DNA from: Raillietiella orientalis
Taxonomy: Eukaryota
Length of the DNA stretch: 64,000 nucleotides
Direction: 5' to 3'
NCBI GenBank assembly: GCA_036172245.1
Contig: JAYWIR010000032.1
Location: 1,240,001 to 1,304,000, forward strand
In this document: one piece after another, positions 53,031 to 64,000 of the stretch
Numbering within the stretch: position 1 is the first letter of the stretch
How the letters are laid out: every line of letters starts with the position of its first letter
Made by a program: the position numbers and the translations under genes
The notes under the pieces: model-generated
What the model saw: the letters and a program-made list of their open reading frames with translations, nothing else
Databases searched by the model: none
What the model was told of the DNA's origin: nothing

Positions 53031-55599
53031 GAATTTCGATGACATTGTTAACACTATACGGCACATGGCAGAATTTTCTTTCGAAATATTGTTTGCCATT
53101 ATTGAAATGCTATTTGGCATTTATTTATTACCATTTCGTTTAGAATTAATCAAGAACCTCAGTCATCTGCCGGTTCGATTAATAAAATAAGGAAAGGATT
53201 TCGCAAAGTGAAGCAAATTATTAAAAGCTCTATAAAAATGGCCGGTTACAATTCATGCAATGCACTCGTGATTGATTCAGGAATAACTCTGTTCATTAAC
53301 ACGTAAATAGGAGCGGTGATTATGAAAACTGATTTGTACCATTAAAATGTATGTGACTGTAGACTCTGGAAGTGTGCAATAAAGAGACAGAGGATACTCT
53401 TTCCTCGTGCTCTCAAGTGCCGAATCGCTAAAGAATTTCCCAGTATCACCTCAGCGACGATTTTTTTTTTTTTTTGCGTCTTCAATTACCTTGATATTCC
53501 CACTTGTACGTTGTTTCAAATCATCCCTAGACAGAGCTGATATGTTTCTCAAGTGCTCCAACCACACACATGACTGGAGTCCTTCCGGACATCAAATGTT
53601 GTGATGTACTTGCGTTGACTGTTGGAAAAAACAGCATTCCTGTAACTACTTACATTTGACAACGATGCGCGCTTTCCCCTATGTATTCCTTTCAGCCAAC
53701 GTTTCCATAATATAATCGGTAGGAAAGCATGTCTATGAAACTGCAGTAGACATAAGAAAGACATTGTAAACCATATTGTGTAAAAGTAGGAAATGTGCAC
53801 TCGGTGGGTAATGATTATCCACGCGCAAATCAATTACATCCTTCATCTTCAGCATTGCTATTATGTTATTTTGTGAAAGAATTAAAAAATGGCTTAATTC
53901 AACGCATTCCAAATATTTTTTTCGTTAATTTCGGCCTCGATTGCAAATTGTGAACTGGCACTCATGGTTCCGACGCTGCGCGTGGTGGCCTCGCTGTGGG
54001 CCCGAAACGGGGTGTGTGCGTGTGCTTTGCCCGCACCCCATCAGAAAGCACTTGGGAGAATTGATGCGATTTCAGAAATGCAGGAGCCAAGTCCGTGTTT
54101 GCATGGACGAACGCTCCACCTGCTGCTGATGGCCACCAGAAGTGTGGGATGTCTTCCAGGCGCCTGGAAGACAATTGGCAATTGGAATGCCAATTGCCAG
54201 ACCGAGAGAGTTCCTTGAGAAAGAGGCCGGCTGCTTGTGCCCCGCTCAGTAAACTCAAGTTGACCGTGGACTCTCAACAGTGCTCAATATGTACGCTCAA
54301 CGTGTTGCCAGAGCCAGCAATGGGAGCAATGTATTTTCAGAAGACCTTGTACCGTCAGGAAAACAACTGCTGCCTTCATCTTCCCTTTGAGATCCACCCT
54401 AAATAAGGTTGCTGATGCTCACCAAGTTCGTTGCCCAAACATGCGTTACAGGAAAGCTGGGGTTCCTTTCCTTTTTGTGTGTGTGTGTCCCCCCTCCCCC
54501 CTTTCCCCGCGTTACTTTGGTGGCAATGGATATTCGAAGCAACCGGTTGAGTAGAGTGGCAAAGCACGGCACCGGAAGTGGCTCGTGACTAAGTGTCACG
54601 TGAGTAACTTATGCTATGTTGACCATTTACAAATTCGCAATTCATTAACTTCCTGCTTTTGAGCCTGAAGGCAGTGCACGAAAGCTAGTCCTCAGAATGA
54701 GAAGAAAAAAAAAAGTTTTGAAAGTAGACCAAAGATATAAGTTATTCACAATTCAAGGTATTATTCTTGTTGCCTGAGTAATCGCAACTTAAGCTTAAAG
54801 AAGCATTAAGGACGTCAAGTGAAAAGGAAACTGGAACCAACTGATTTATGATGCGCATTTCTTGTAAACGGAAAACGAAAACTGCAGGGCAATCATGGTT
54901 TTTTTTTTTTTTTTCCATTTTTCGTTTTCCTTTTTTTCTTTTTAGCATCCCCAGAAGTAAATGTTGGCATTAATTTGTGTTCCATGTATGAATAACGTTC
55001 TTCCGTCATAAGGTTTTAACCTTATGACAGAAGAAGCAACCTTGAAACTTTCGATTAATTTCCTGTTGTGCCTGGTAAGCAAAGTTTCAAATGTATCAAT
55101 TGCCTTGGGTTCAATTTGAAGCATGAGAATAGCAAGGAATGGTTTTCTAACGCAAACTGTTTTTTTTTTTAAAAAAAAAAAAAAAGAAAGAGAAAAAAGG
55201 AAAAACGCACAGCAAAATCAGTGTATTGCAAATACTTCATTCGGTACATAGAAGAAACACGAATAATCATTTATGCCGGGGTGATTCTTCGTCGAAATCT
55301 CGTGCCAGCCGTACAAAAGAGGTGAGGACCGAGAATCGTATACGATACAGGAAACAGATGAAGTACGGACGGGCCCACGACTTGCAGCACCGGAAGGCTG
55401 GCAGTGTCTGCAAAAGTGACTCAAAGAAACCGAACTCAGCTAATTGCACTGATCTTAATGGCAGCAATCAGCCTTAGTGATACCGCAGACAGAAAGAGTT
55501 CCACTGCAAGTTTGGAGTACTCGAACTTCACAAAAGAAAACAGGCACAAAACGAAGGAATGATAACGCTAAGGAAAAAAAATGAAAATCTTAAATTGAA

Positions 55600-56545
55600 A
55601 AGAAAAAAGAAAAAGACATGGGGATTTGAAAACAACAAGAGCACAATTTTTTCCTTCGCTGATCCAATAAAAGCGAAAGCAGAAGAATGAAAACAGTATA
55701 CCTTGATGGATCATAGAAAAGATTTCAAGAGAGTGTGGAATCAACGGGATCAAAATCCAAAATGAAGAGAAATTAAGGCCGGCTTTCTCGAAATCCGAAA
55801 ATATTCTGTTCGATGGCACAAAACCAGGCCGTATGCGTGATGAGCACGTATTCGTTCCTCGAGGTTTTGGCCCGAAAGCTTGGTAAATGGGAAAAAATAC
55901 GGGAGACAGTCACAAGAGGATTTTTTTTTCTGCAAAAAGAAAAAAGAAAAAAAGTACACATAGTCCAAAAAAACCACACAGGTGCCAAGGCGCTTAACGA
56001 AACCAAGGTGTAGCCTCTGGTGCAAAAAATCCCAGCTTGTGGATTCTTAAGAAACAACCAAGTTGCTAGTTGCCTCTCTTCTTGGTAGAACAGTTGGCCA
56101 AATTGGTTGCTCTGACAGCAGCCATGCTGTCAGAATGTGGATTCCGTCAGGATCCTAGTGCTGCGAATATTACAGGACGAGGCAGGGCGCGGTTTGCTTC
56201 AGTTAGCGGGAGCAGCAGCTTGGCAAGGGAGCAAGCTGAGATTTCAACGGCTGGGAAGCTGGAATAGGTTGGTCGCTTTTCTGAATCTCAAACTCGTACC
56301 AGACGGGGGCTCTTTTGCGAGCGGCAGCGAGTCGGAATGACCCGCGTCTCCGATGTGCAGCTTCTTTACCAGTTGCGACAAGTTGAAGTGATGGATGCAC
56401 TTTCTCTGGAGGAAAATGATGCACACTGGTCGCACACAAGCAGCGTATCCTCTGTGAGAACATTCTGGCATTCTCCGCCATTTTCCACGGCCTTCCCTTG
56501 CGAGCTTCTCAGGGTAGAGGAGGAGCAAACTGTATTTTGCTAAGG
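55600..56545 (+). pseudogene. Possible decayed viral nucleoprotein-like relic (EVE)
   Basis: PACGFL..LAKLVALTAAML..DPSAANITG loosely resembles mononega/chu N C-terminal motifs; sits just upstream of the L-like relic on the same strand. Confidence 0.25.
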
Positions 56546-56599
56546 AAATGCATTCACAGTGTCCGCACTTTGGATACTTACTTCTGGGAGGTACCTTCT

Positions 56600-59500
56600 C
56601 AGCTCGTGAGTTTGCGAGCGTTTTCCTCTAAACGAAATGTGATCAGCAGCACCACTTGCGAATAGTAATTAGCATACGAGCTCTGCGATGTGAGTAATTC
56701 CTGGAAAGAGCGTGAGTCAGATTTCTCAAGCACCTGTGCAAGAGTCAGAGAAATGCATTCCATTGCTCTGGAAAATGTCCATGTTACCACTCGATCGAAT
56801 AGACCTTTTGACGATCACTTTCCTTACAATTCTGATTTTTGCTGTATTCTGGTTCCATGATGTCGGTTTATCTCTCGAAACTCCCTGCTCTTGTTGACTA
56901 CCCATTTCAGTCCACACGTAGCTCATTTACCACCATCCATGGCTTCCATCTCCAATAAAGGCGAATCTGTCTCTGTCTATTAACCTGCATTGTGTTTATG
57001 CGATCCGTCTTTCATAACATCCTTTTGTCCTGCATCCTTCTTGACTGTTGCTTCTCTATTAAAAGAGTCCTTGCAATACTTCATCTTAGAGCCTTGCAAA
57101 TTAATTTTGCAGGTTTTTTCTTGGTTCACTGTACGGAAAGACAACGAACCGAATCGAGTGAAAATACTGTCGGTAGGAGAGTAATGGAATCGTAATGAGG
57201 AAACTAATGACCGACTGATGACTGGAGACGAAGGACTGGAGTTTGAATATTCGAGAACAAAACAACTATTTCACCTATTAGATTCGATTTAATGAAGGGT
57301 TATTTTGGGTCTCATAATGAGATGCCATTCTTAGGAGGCGCTTCTTCCTTTCTACGTTTACTATATGGATGCAGTCTTGATTCCCTTCAACTCTTTGCAC
57401 TAATTTATTTCATGCACGTTATTTCAGGATGACATGCGGAGCTCTTCGAGCTCGGCAAAATTATGTGCTGCATCGGAGACCCAATAGCCCTCAAGCTATT
57501 TTAAAAACTACTTTCTGCCAACTCGTTGTGAGGCTCTGATGAATTCTGAACTGGCATTAGCGTTACTGTGGGTCTTCAGTAAGTTCCTGAAGTGTACTTA
57601 CCAAAAAACGCCTCGCTCAGCATCACTTCCATGTAACAACTTCTCAAAGTATCCATCCTGTTTAGAACCTACTAAACTACTACTTCCTTCTAATGAGGGC
57701 ATCCGTGCTGGTCTGTTCACCTTTATCTCCCAATCTCCTATATAAACTGTTCCGAAAAGCATTTCTCCATCTTTAGACGAGTGGCAGCCTTTCGGAGCGT
57801 TGCTCAATATCTGGAAAGAAAAACACATACACATACACGGTATGGTGCAACACAGGGAGAGTGAATTGCTTGGGGTGTTACATAAGCATCGGTTTCTGCA
57901 GTATTAGAAAGCTGTGCCAGGGATGAATCCCTGATACAATGGAAAGTTGGGTCACCAAGAAGATGAAGGTTGTATATTTCCCTATTACATATTCGCATGC
58001 TTCGTACATCACGGTACGCTCTGTGGAGGCATCGAAACAAAACGGCTTAGAGCATACCAGGTCGTTCCACCTAGAAGAAAAACTCTGAAGTACTCAAGAA
58101 CATAGTGCACCTAAAGTATGATAGAGTGCTTGGCAGCTCTGTTGTGGAGGCAGCTGAAAGACTAGAAAATACCGGAGCGATTCAAGCGAGAGAAAGAAAT
58201 TCCCACTTGTCGTTGAACATTACGACAGGAAGGAACATTTGCAAACGACCAGACAGCTTCAGATAGCAACCAGGACGAAGGAATTACTCGAGCTTTCCGA
58301 TTCCCCCGTAGATACGGAGGATGGAGAGCTGGAAAGGAAGGCAGCAACGTTCCCTTGCGACTCAAACCGTTGAAAGAATCGAATTCGGTAGCCAACCAAG
58401 CATTAGCACTTTCATATACTGGTGAAGAAGCATCTTGAAAAAGGTGGTCAAATCAGTCAGATTTCCAAAGGATTGGCATTGGTGCTGGCGATAGCAATTC
58501 TTTGTCCCTTTGTATCAGCAAGCCCGGAGAGGATGCAAGATTTGGGTTCGTTCGCAGTTCTCGTTCGAACTTTTCTCTCCTTTTAGATAGGTATGCAAGT
58601 CCTGATACCCGCCTAGAATTAGAAGAGCATCTCTAGACGTGCTCCTCGGTCACTCAACACACACTGTTCCATGATTCGGTTTCAGTTATCTTCGTGTCGG
58701 CCACTCGGATCTTTTAACAAGCCTCGATAACGAGGCTGTCTTTTGAAACATCAGAGGCTCAACCTCCGAGACCCTGTTCTTTCTTAGACTGGAAGATCAG
58801 AAAAAACCTTTCCTCTAAACGCAGAAACTGAAATTCTGCAAGTGTAGGGATGAACCACAAAAGGATGACGAAAAAAACAATCCCTGCCAAGCCTTGCTTG
58901 GAATCTTCCCGTCATCAATAACGATGAAGCGTTCGTGCAAAACCAGCTCTCCAGCTTCGCTACTTCTATCCAACTTTCCTTCTCCCATTGAGTCCTTTCG
59001 TCCACTGTCACTCGCCATTCAAATATGAAGCCTGGTTCGCGCCTACTCTTCTTCGATCAGCTAATGCTTGCATGAATCCTCCCGTCTCCTCTTTGGAAGA
59101 GGACCGCCAACTCAGGAATCGCTCCAGGTCCTTCTCATGCCTCGGACTGTATCTCCAACGAGATAAGAAAACCTGCTAAAAAAAACACTAAGAAAAAAAG
59201 ATGCTCTTGAAAAGTTACACCTGGGTGCTTCCTCGATGGACACTTTATAGTAGAACATGGGATCAAATTGACTTCTTTGAATTGTGTGGGTTCATTCGTT
59301 CGCGTTCACGGGCAGAGGAAAAAATGATGAAGTTGTTTGGACTTTTGGAAATTGTACCCCGATTTTTCCCTTTGAATCTATCAAGAGTCGATTGGGACAG
59401 TTTGTTTCTCTTTTGTACACTCTGAATTTACTTTTGTTCGATTTTCCCTATAGCATTTTCAAAGTCAGTGTACCTCTAACATCAGGAATGAAACGTCTAA

Positions 59501-62500
59501 ATGCTCGGGGAATCGGGAGAGAAAATTCCATACCCCTTATTCTTATCCGGTAGTTTCCGAAGATGCCTGCAGATCCAAAAGGAAGAAATTTCTGATCCCT
59601 TCCAGATCTGATGACAAAGGAGCTACATTAGGAACTTCATTTCGGTCCGAACTTGAAGCTTATCTGAAACCGTTATGGCGCCTAAACAGGGAAGGTAGAA
59701 TCGTAACAGAAGATTTATGAGTGTCTTTGCAAGGATGGAACCATTACGAAAGTTAAGGATGGAAAAAATTCGCACAGAATGTGCAACAAATTTTGCACAC
59801 ACGTCTCCAAGGAAACAAAGAATGGTCGTTGCGCTTCGGCTAGTTCGTACCAAAAGCGATCCTGAGTGTTCTATCCCAAACTGAAAACATCCCAGAATCC
59901 CTGTGAGGAGATTCGGACCCGATCTCTTATCCGCGAAGCAGTCACTCCAAGCCGAAGATCCTTCTCGAAGAAACTGGAAATTATCTTTTCTCGAACAGAA
60001 ATGAGAAAAGTTTCCAGCATCCAAAGCAAAAGCAAAGCACGATAGTGAGACGGTAACTTTAGTTCGCTTACACGTTTGAATTGCAGGCAGCTGAGCGAAA
60101 ACTGAAGGATGATGAACCTCTAGGAAGAGCCGGAAACGAAAGCTCCATCCTTTCAGGACGACCATCGTAACGGACGTATAGACGAGCACCTAGAAATTCG
60201 TAGTTTCATTCCAAGAATGATTCCGCTCAAAGAGACACGGAAACCTACCGAAAACACGTATTATCTAAGGTTCTGATTGCCGTTTTGTAAGTCTTGTATG
60301 CTCAATGTATGAATGTCCGAATAAAACTGACACATGAGGTGCGCTTTGGAGTGAAGCCGAAAATTGCTTATGCTCGTCCGTGGACAGGAGACAGTGTTTA
60401 GCAGACTGAGAAACTCTAAGGCAAGAAATGTCATCGTACATGATCATCGGAAAACGGGTGCAAGGGAACAACCATTTGCATCGGTCTTCGCAATGCACAG
60501 TTGTCAGCTGTGAGAGAGAACCCGAGGCATTCCAAAATGCCGAATTCGCAGCGAAATCAACAAATTGTTCCCCTGGCTGCACCATCTTTCTTTGTCTCGC
60601 CATGTGGACAACTGCCTCAAGAATCCAAGGACCTTACTCCTGGAAGATTGAGACATTGTCAAGGAGCTCTGGGAATAAAATAAGGGACTTTTACGAATGC
60701 ACAGATGACTTCTAACGGAGAAGCACAAAGAAGAGTGAGAGATGGACTGAGAGAGATAATATGATGAAATCTTATGCTTCGCATGCTAAAGCTCGAATTT
60801 GAACGAGAACTCTTTTTGAGAAGCATGATGTAGTGTTCCCATGAGCGTTTTTTTTTTTTTTTCTTCAAAAACTCACTCCGAACCCATGCATCAGAGCTGT
60901 GGAGCTTTGGAGAAATATCTGTTTACGCACAACTCTATTAAGCAATTCTCCTTGATGCCAAGCGACCATAGATGTAAGAGTACTGCCCCGTTTGGAGGTT
61001 TTCCTTTTTTTTTAAAAAAAAAAATAGAACAAAAAAACATGATGTCCTGCTTTAGTCTTTCGATTTACAAATTCTCATTGCAGAACAAATCTACCGATTT
61101 GGAGAATTTTCTTCTTTTACATGTGTAGTGGTTAACCCAAACCAATGTTGATGATTCAATGTCAGATGACCCTAGCTGATCTCTTAAGCAGCTGCATGTG
61201 TAAAGTTTCAATGAGCACAAAAGAGCTAAGCGCTAAGGGCTGCCAAGTTCTGCACACAGTATGGAGTGTGTGGAAGAGTTTGCACACACTCCATGGCTTC
61301 CACAAAGATCCCCTCTACTTGCTTGAGAGTCGGGGCTTCTTTTATACTGATCCGTGCACGATCGCTCCAAGTCCGCAGCGTTGGCAGGTTGGTTTCTTGC
61401 TGGTCCAAAGATCTTCTGAAACACTCCATATGCCAGAAACCAAGAGCAGGGCGACTGAAGATCGCGGAACGCTCTCATATGGCTGTCGTAGGAGGCGCTC
61501 ACGTGTTCATGCTCTCCAACAAGGGCATCGGATTCCCTCAGGCAAGTTCCGATCTATTTCCAGCCTTTTCGACCTCACCGAGGATTTCTCTCGATTTCCT
61601 TCCAGGTGGACGTCAGAAGAACGAGATTTTCCTGAATAAGAGGGAATTTAGATGGAATCGGAACCCTATCCACGACTCCTTCCTGGAGGAAGTGTGCTGT
61701 TGTCCGATTAACAGTGCAGTAGCACCTTCCCCTTCAGAGAGGATTGAGGAGGAATTCCGGGATCTCCGGGGTTCTGAGGGCTGCTCATACAACACGAAGA
61801 AATGGAAAGGTCTGGTTTCAAAGCTTGCCTTTCGTCCTGTCGGTTGCATGCCCTGCGGTCTGGAATGCTACAGGTTCGCCTTCCAGGACAACGCAAGGCC
61901 AGCCAGGTCAGGAAACAGCGCTTTTCGGAAACGAAAAGGAATACACCACACTGCGAGCACCACACTGAACTCCCTTTGCTTTCCGCGAATCACTTGGACC
62001 TTGACGAAAGCTGCATGTTCGAGGAACTGGGGGGAAGGAGCAACTTTGTGGGGGAACCCACAGCCGTTTTTTATCTCTGAGTGCTCACATGGAGGATGCG
62101 ATCCAGGAAACTATTTCGTGCGCCGCCGCCTATATCCGCCCAGATGGGTGCAAATTACGGGAAAATGTGAGTCAGATGGCCGAAATCGCGCTTTCCAAAC
62201 AAGCAGGTACAAAAACCACAGTCGCCTGAAGAGGAAGGGCATCGGATTGCCTTTCGGCCTCAAGGACGCAGCTCCTGTGGAAGGTGTCCTAAGGAACTCG
62301 CGAAGTGTGGACCACCTCAGGGAGGACCTTTGGTAATGCTATCCAATTTGTTTCGATAGTGAAGAAACCATGGTAACCGATCACTTTGCCCGGTTTGGTA
62401 AACTCTCGAGAAATTTTCTCATGTGCATAGTAGTCGCAAGAAGAATGCCGGTGATCTCTCTTAAAGCAAACACTTCAGATGTTCACGCCGTTTAGCTCCA

Positions 62501-63885
62501 TGAAATGACACTCGTGCAGAAGACTCGGCATTCCGTGATCACCTTCGCAATCCATGTATGAGGCATTTCAAATTTCGGTAGGGCGAATCGGAAATACCTC
62601 AAGAAAGCATTTGCCTTGTTGAGCTTGCGAGTAAATTCCTTCGGTATGGCTCAAGAAGTGCTCGTCCAAATGGTGAACTACAGATCGTCAGATGCTGAGG
62701 TAAGGACAGTTCCAAAACAGAAGGCAGAAATAATGCCGCGAACACCACACTGAACTCGCAGTGACTCCCTTTGCTTTCCGCGAATCACTTGGACCTTGAC
62801 GAAAGCTTCGGGGCCGGGGTGTCATACTGATGTGTTCTTTCTGTGTGAATCCAAGCGTCCATCAGGAACACGTGACGGGAAACCGAAATGCTTGTACAAA
62901 TGCAGCAAGAAAAAATCTCTGAAGATTGACGTGAGTTCTCCGTCGGAAATGAACGTGCTGCCATCCCAGCTTTCTTGTCTCACTTTATGGGACCCGAATC
63001 TTGGTAAGAGGAGATGAAGCTTGTTCTTTCTTTCCTCCTTTTCATTTTTCCGCAAAGTTTTGAAAATAGATTTCTCGACACAGAAAGGCTGGGGAGTGCA
63101 TTACGATGAGACTTGGGAAATGAAATGCCTTCGTTTTAGGCATGACGCAAAAAAAGGAAAAGGGGAAAACCCTGCAATCAAGGCTGCAGGGTCGAATTTT
63201 TGCAAACGTTTCATGTGCACGGCCACCAGGAGAGCGATGTTTATTCAGCGTTGCAAATTTTCGGCTCCTGGCTGGGGGACATCTTGCTCTTGCTCGGAAT
63301 GACGTTCGTGTTTGGGAAGTTGCAAAACAACCACGTACTTACGATATGCCGAGCAATATGCTAAGGTCTGTGCATTTGCTGCTGGTTCGTCCGTTGGAGG
63401 ATGCTCACTCGCTCAAGATCAAGATAGGAGCGATCCTTCTGGAAACTGCTGCTCCCTATTCGTGAAGCGTCTCCCCGTAAAGATTACTTGAATGCCAACA
63501 GGAAAAGTAGCCGAGGATTTGAGACGCCATGCTACCGCCTTTCTCTTCTTTCGGAAGCAGTTGAGAAGAGGAGGGCGGAAGAAGCGGGTAGAGGAACTTC
63601 GTGAGAATCCATTCCTCCCGTGCAATACGAAAATCACACAAGTTTGCCGCGTGCGGAATCTGTGATGTTTCTTGAAAAGTTTCAAGCGAATGAAAAGTGA
63701 TTAAGGAAATGTTCCAGGCAATGCGTAAACTTCGCGGAGCAGCGTCTGCTGTAGATTTAGTGTATGGCTGTTACAAAAGGGAAAAAGCTTCCGGGAATGG
63801 CTTTGCATACTTCAAGTACGAAACATTTCAAGAAAGAGGTGAAGCTGAAGAAACGGAGCAAGGATTGCTTTTATTGCTAGTGTGA
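56600..63885 (+). pseudogene. Endogenous viral element: decayed L (RdRp-capping-methyltransferase) gene of a Mononegavirales/Jingchuvirales-like virus
   Basis: Colinear motif relics across broken frames: AELFELGK 57436, TFCQLVV about 57510, KEK 57815, LGSF 58542 + R..SPD 58589-58606, LRDP 58764, C..RAEE..LFG/GNCTP 59284-59363, RG..GS 59506-59554, GKNSHR 59761-59778, KKW..CMPCG 61797-61859, LNSL 61965. No intact GDN; boundaries approximate. Confidence 0.62.
61959..62807 (+). repeat. About 55-bp direct repeat (61959-62012 and 62743-62807)
   Basis: caccacactgaactc[gcagtgactc]cctttgctttccgcgaatcacttggaccttgacgaaagct; the second copy carries the bracketed 10-nt insert. Confidence 0.92.
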
Positions 63886-64000
63886 ACTCAAGAAAGAAAG
63901 AAAAATAATAATAATTTTGCTAAAACGATAGACTCACGGGGCTGTTGTCAAAGCAAGCCAAAGATGATGTTTAAAACAGATGCGTTAAAAAAGTGGGTGG

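Noticed and set aside
56180..56225. GRGLLQL resembling the GH19 chitinase motif
   Set aside because: No other GH19 features around it.
58025..58040. GGIE as RdRp motif B
   Set aside because: Position is plausible but it lacks the following GxxQKxW and no GDN follows; not counted as evidence.
55568..59190. TAAG(G)AAAAA as viral gene-end signals
   Set aside because: A-runs are common across the whole window and one instance falls inside the L relic.
61266..62336. 356-aa ORF as an intact gene
   Set aside because: Non-ATG start and degenerate motifs; best read as a surviving open stretch of the L relic.

Overview
Eukaryotic, most likely arthropod, nuclear DNA (ttk-type BTB protein, invertebrate-code mitochondrial insert, GT-AG introns often only 40-55 nt). 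Five spliced host genes can be built by hand: a single-pass LRR membrane protein (+, 5076-10746), a BTB-C2H2 zinc-finger protein (+, 13447-14712), DCAF17 (-, 35551-39253), IMMP2L (-, 47980-48996) and a Y-box cold-shock protein (-, 51087-52866). The rest is mostly foreign or decayed DNA: a CR1/L2-like LINE relic (15.1-17.5 kb); a rearranged mitochondrial insertion (NUMT, 17.7-19.4 kb) with two nad2 ends, trnC/Y/Q/W and the cox1 5' end; a dense cluster of L1/Tx1-type retrotransposon fragments sharing an AATAAA+hairpin 3' terminus (about 20-34 kb, 44-46 kb); and a long, heavily decayed sequence whose motif order fits a negative-strand RNA virus L polymerase (about 56.6-63.9 kb), possibly preceded by N- and G-like relics. 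Most ORFs in the supplied track are spurious. All homology calls come from motif recognition by eye; no searches were run.
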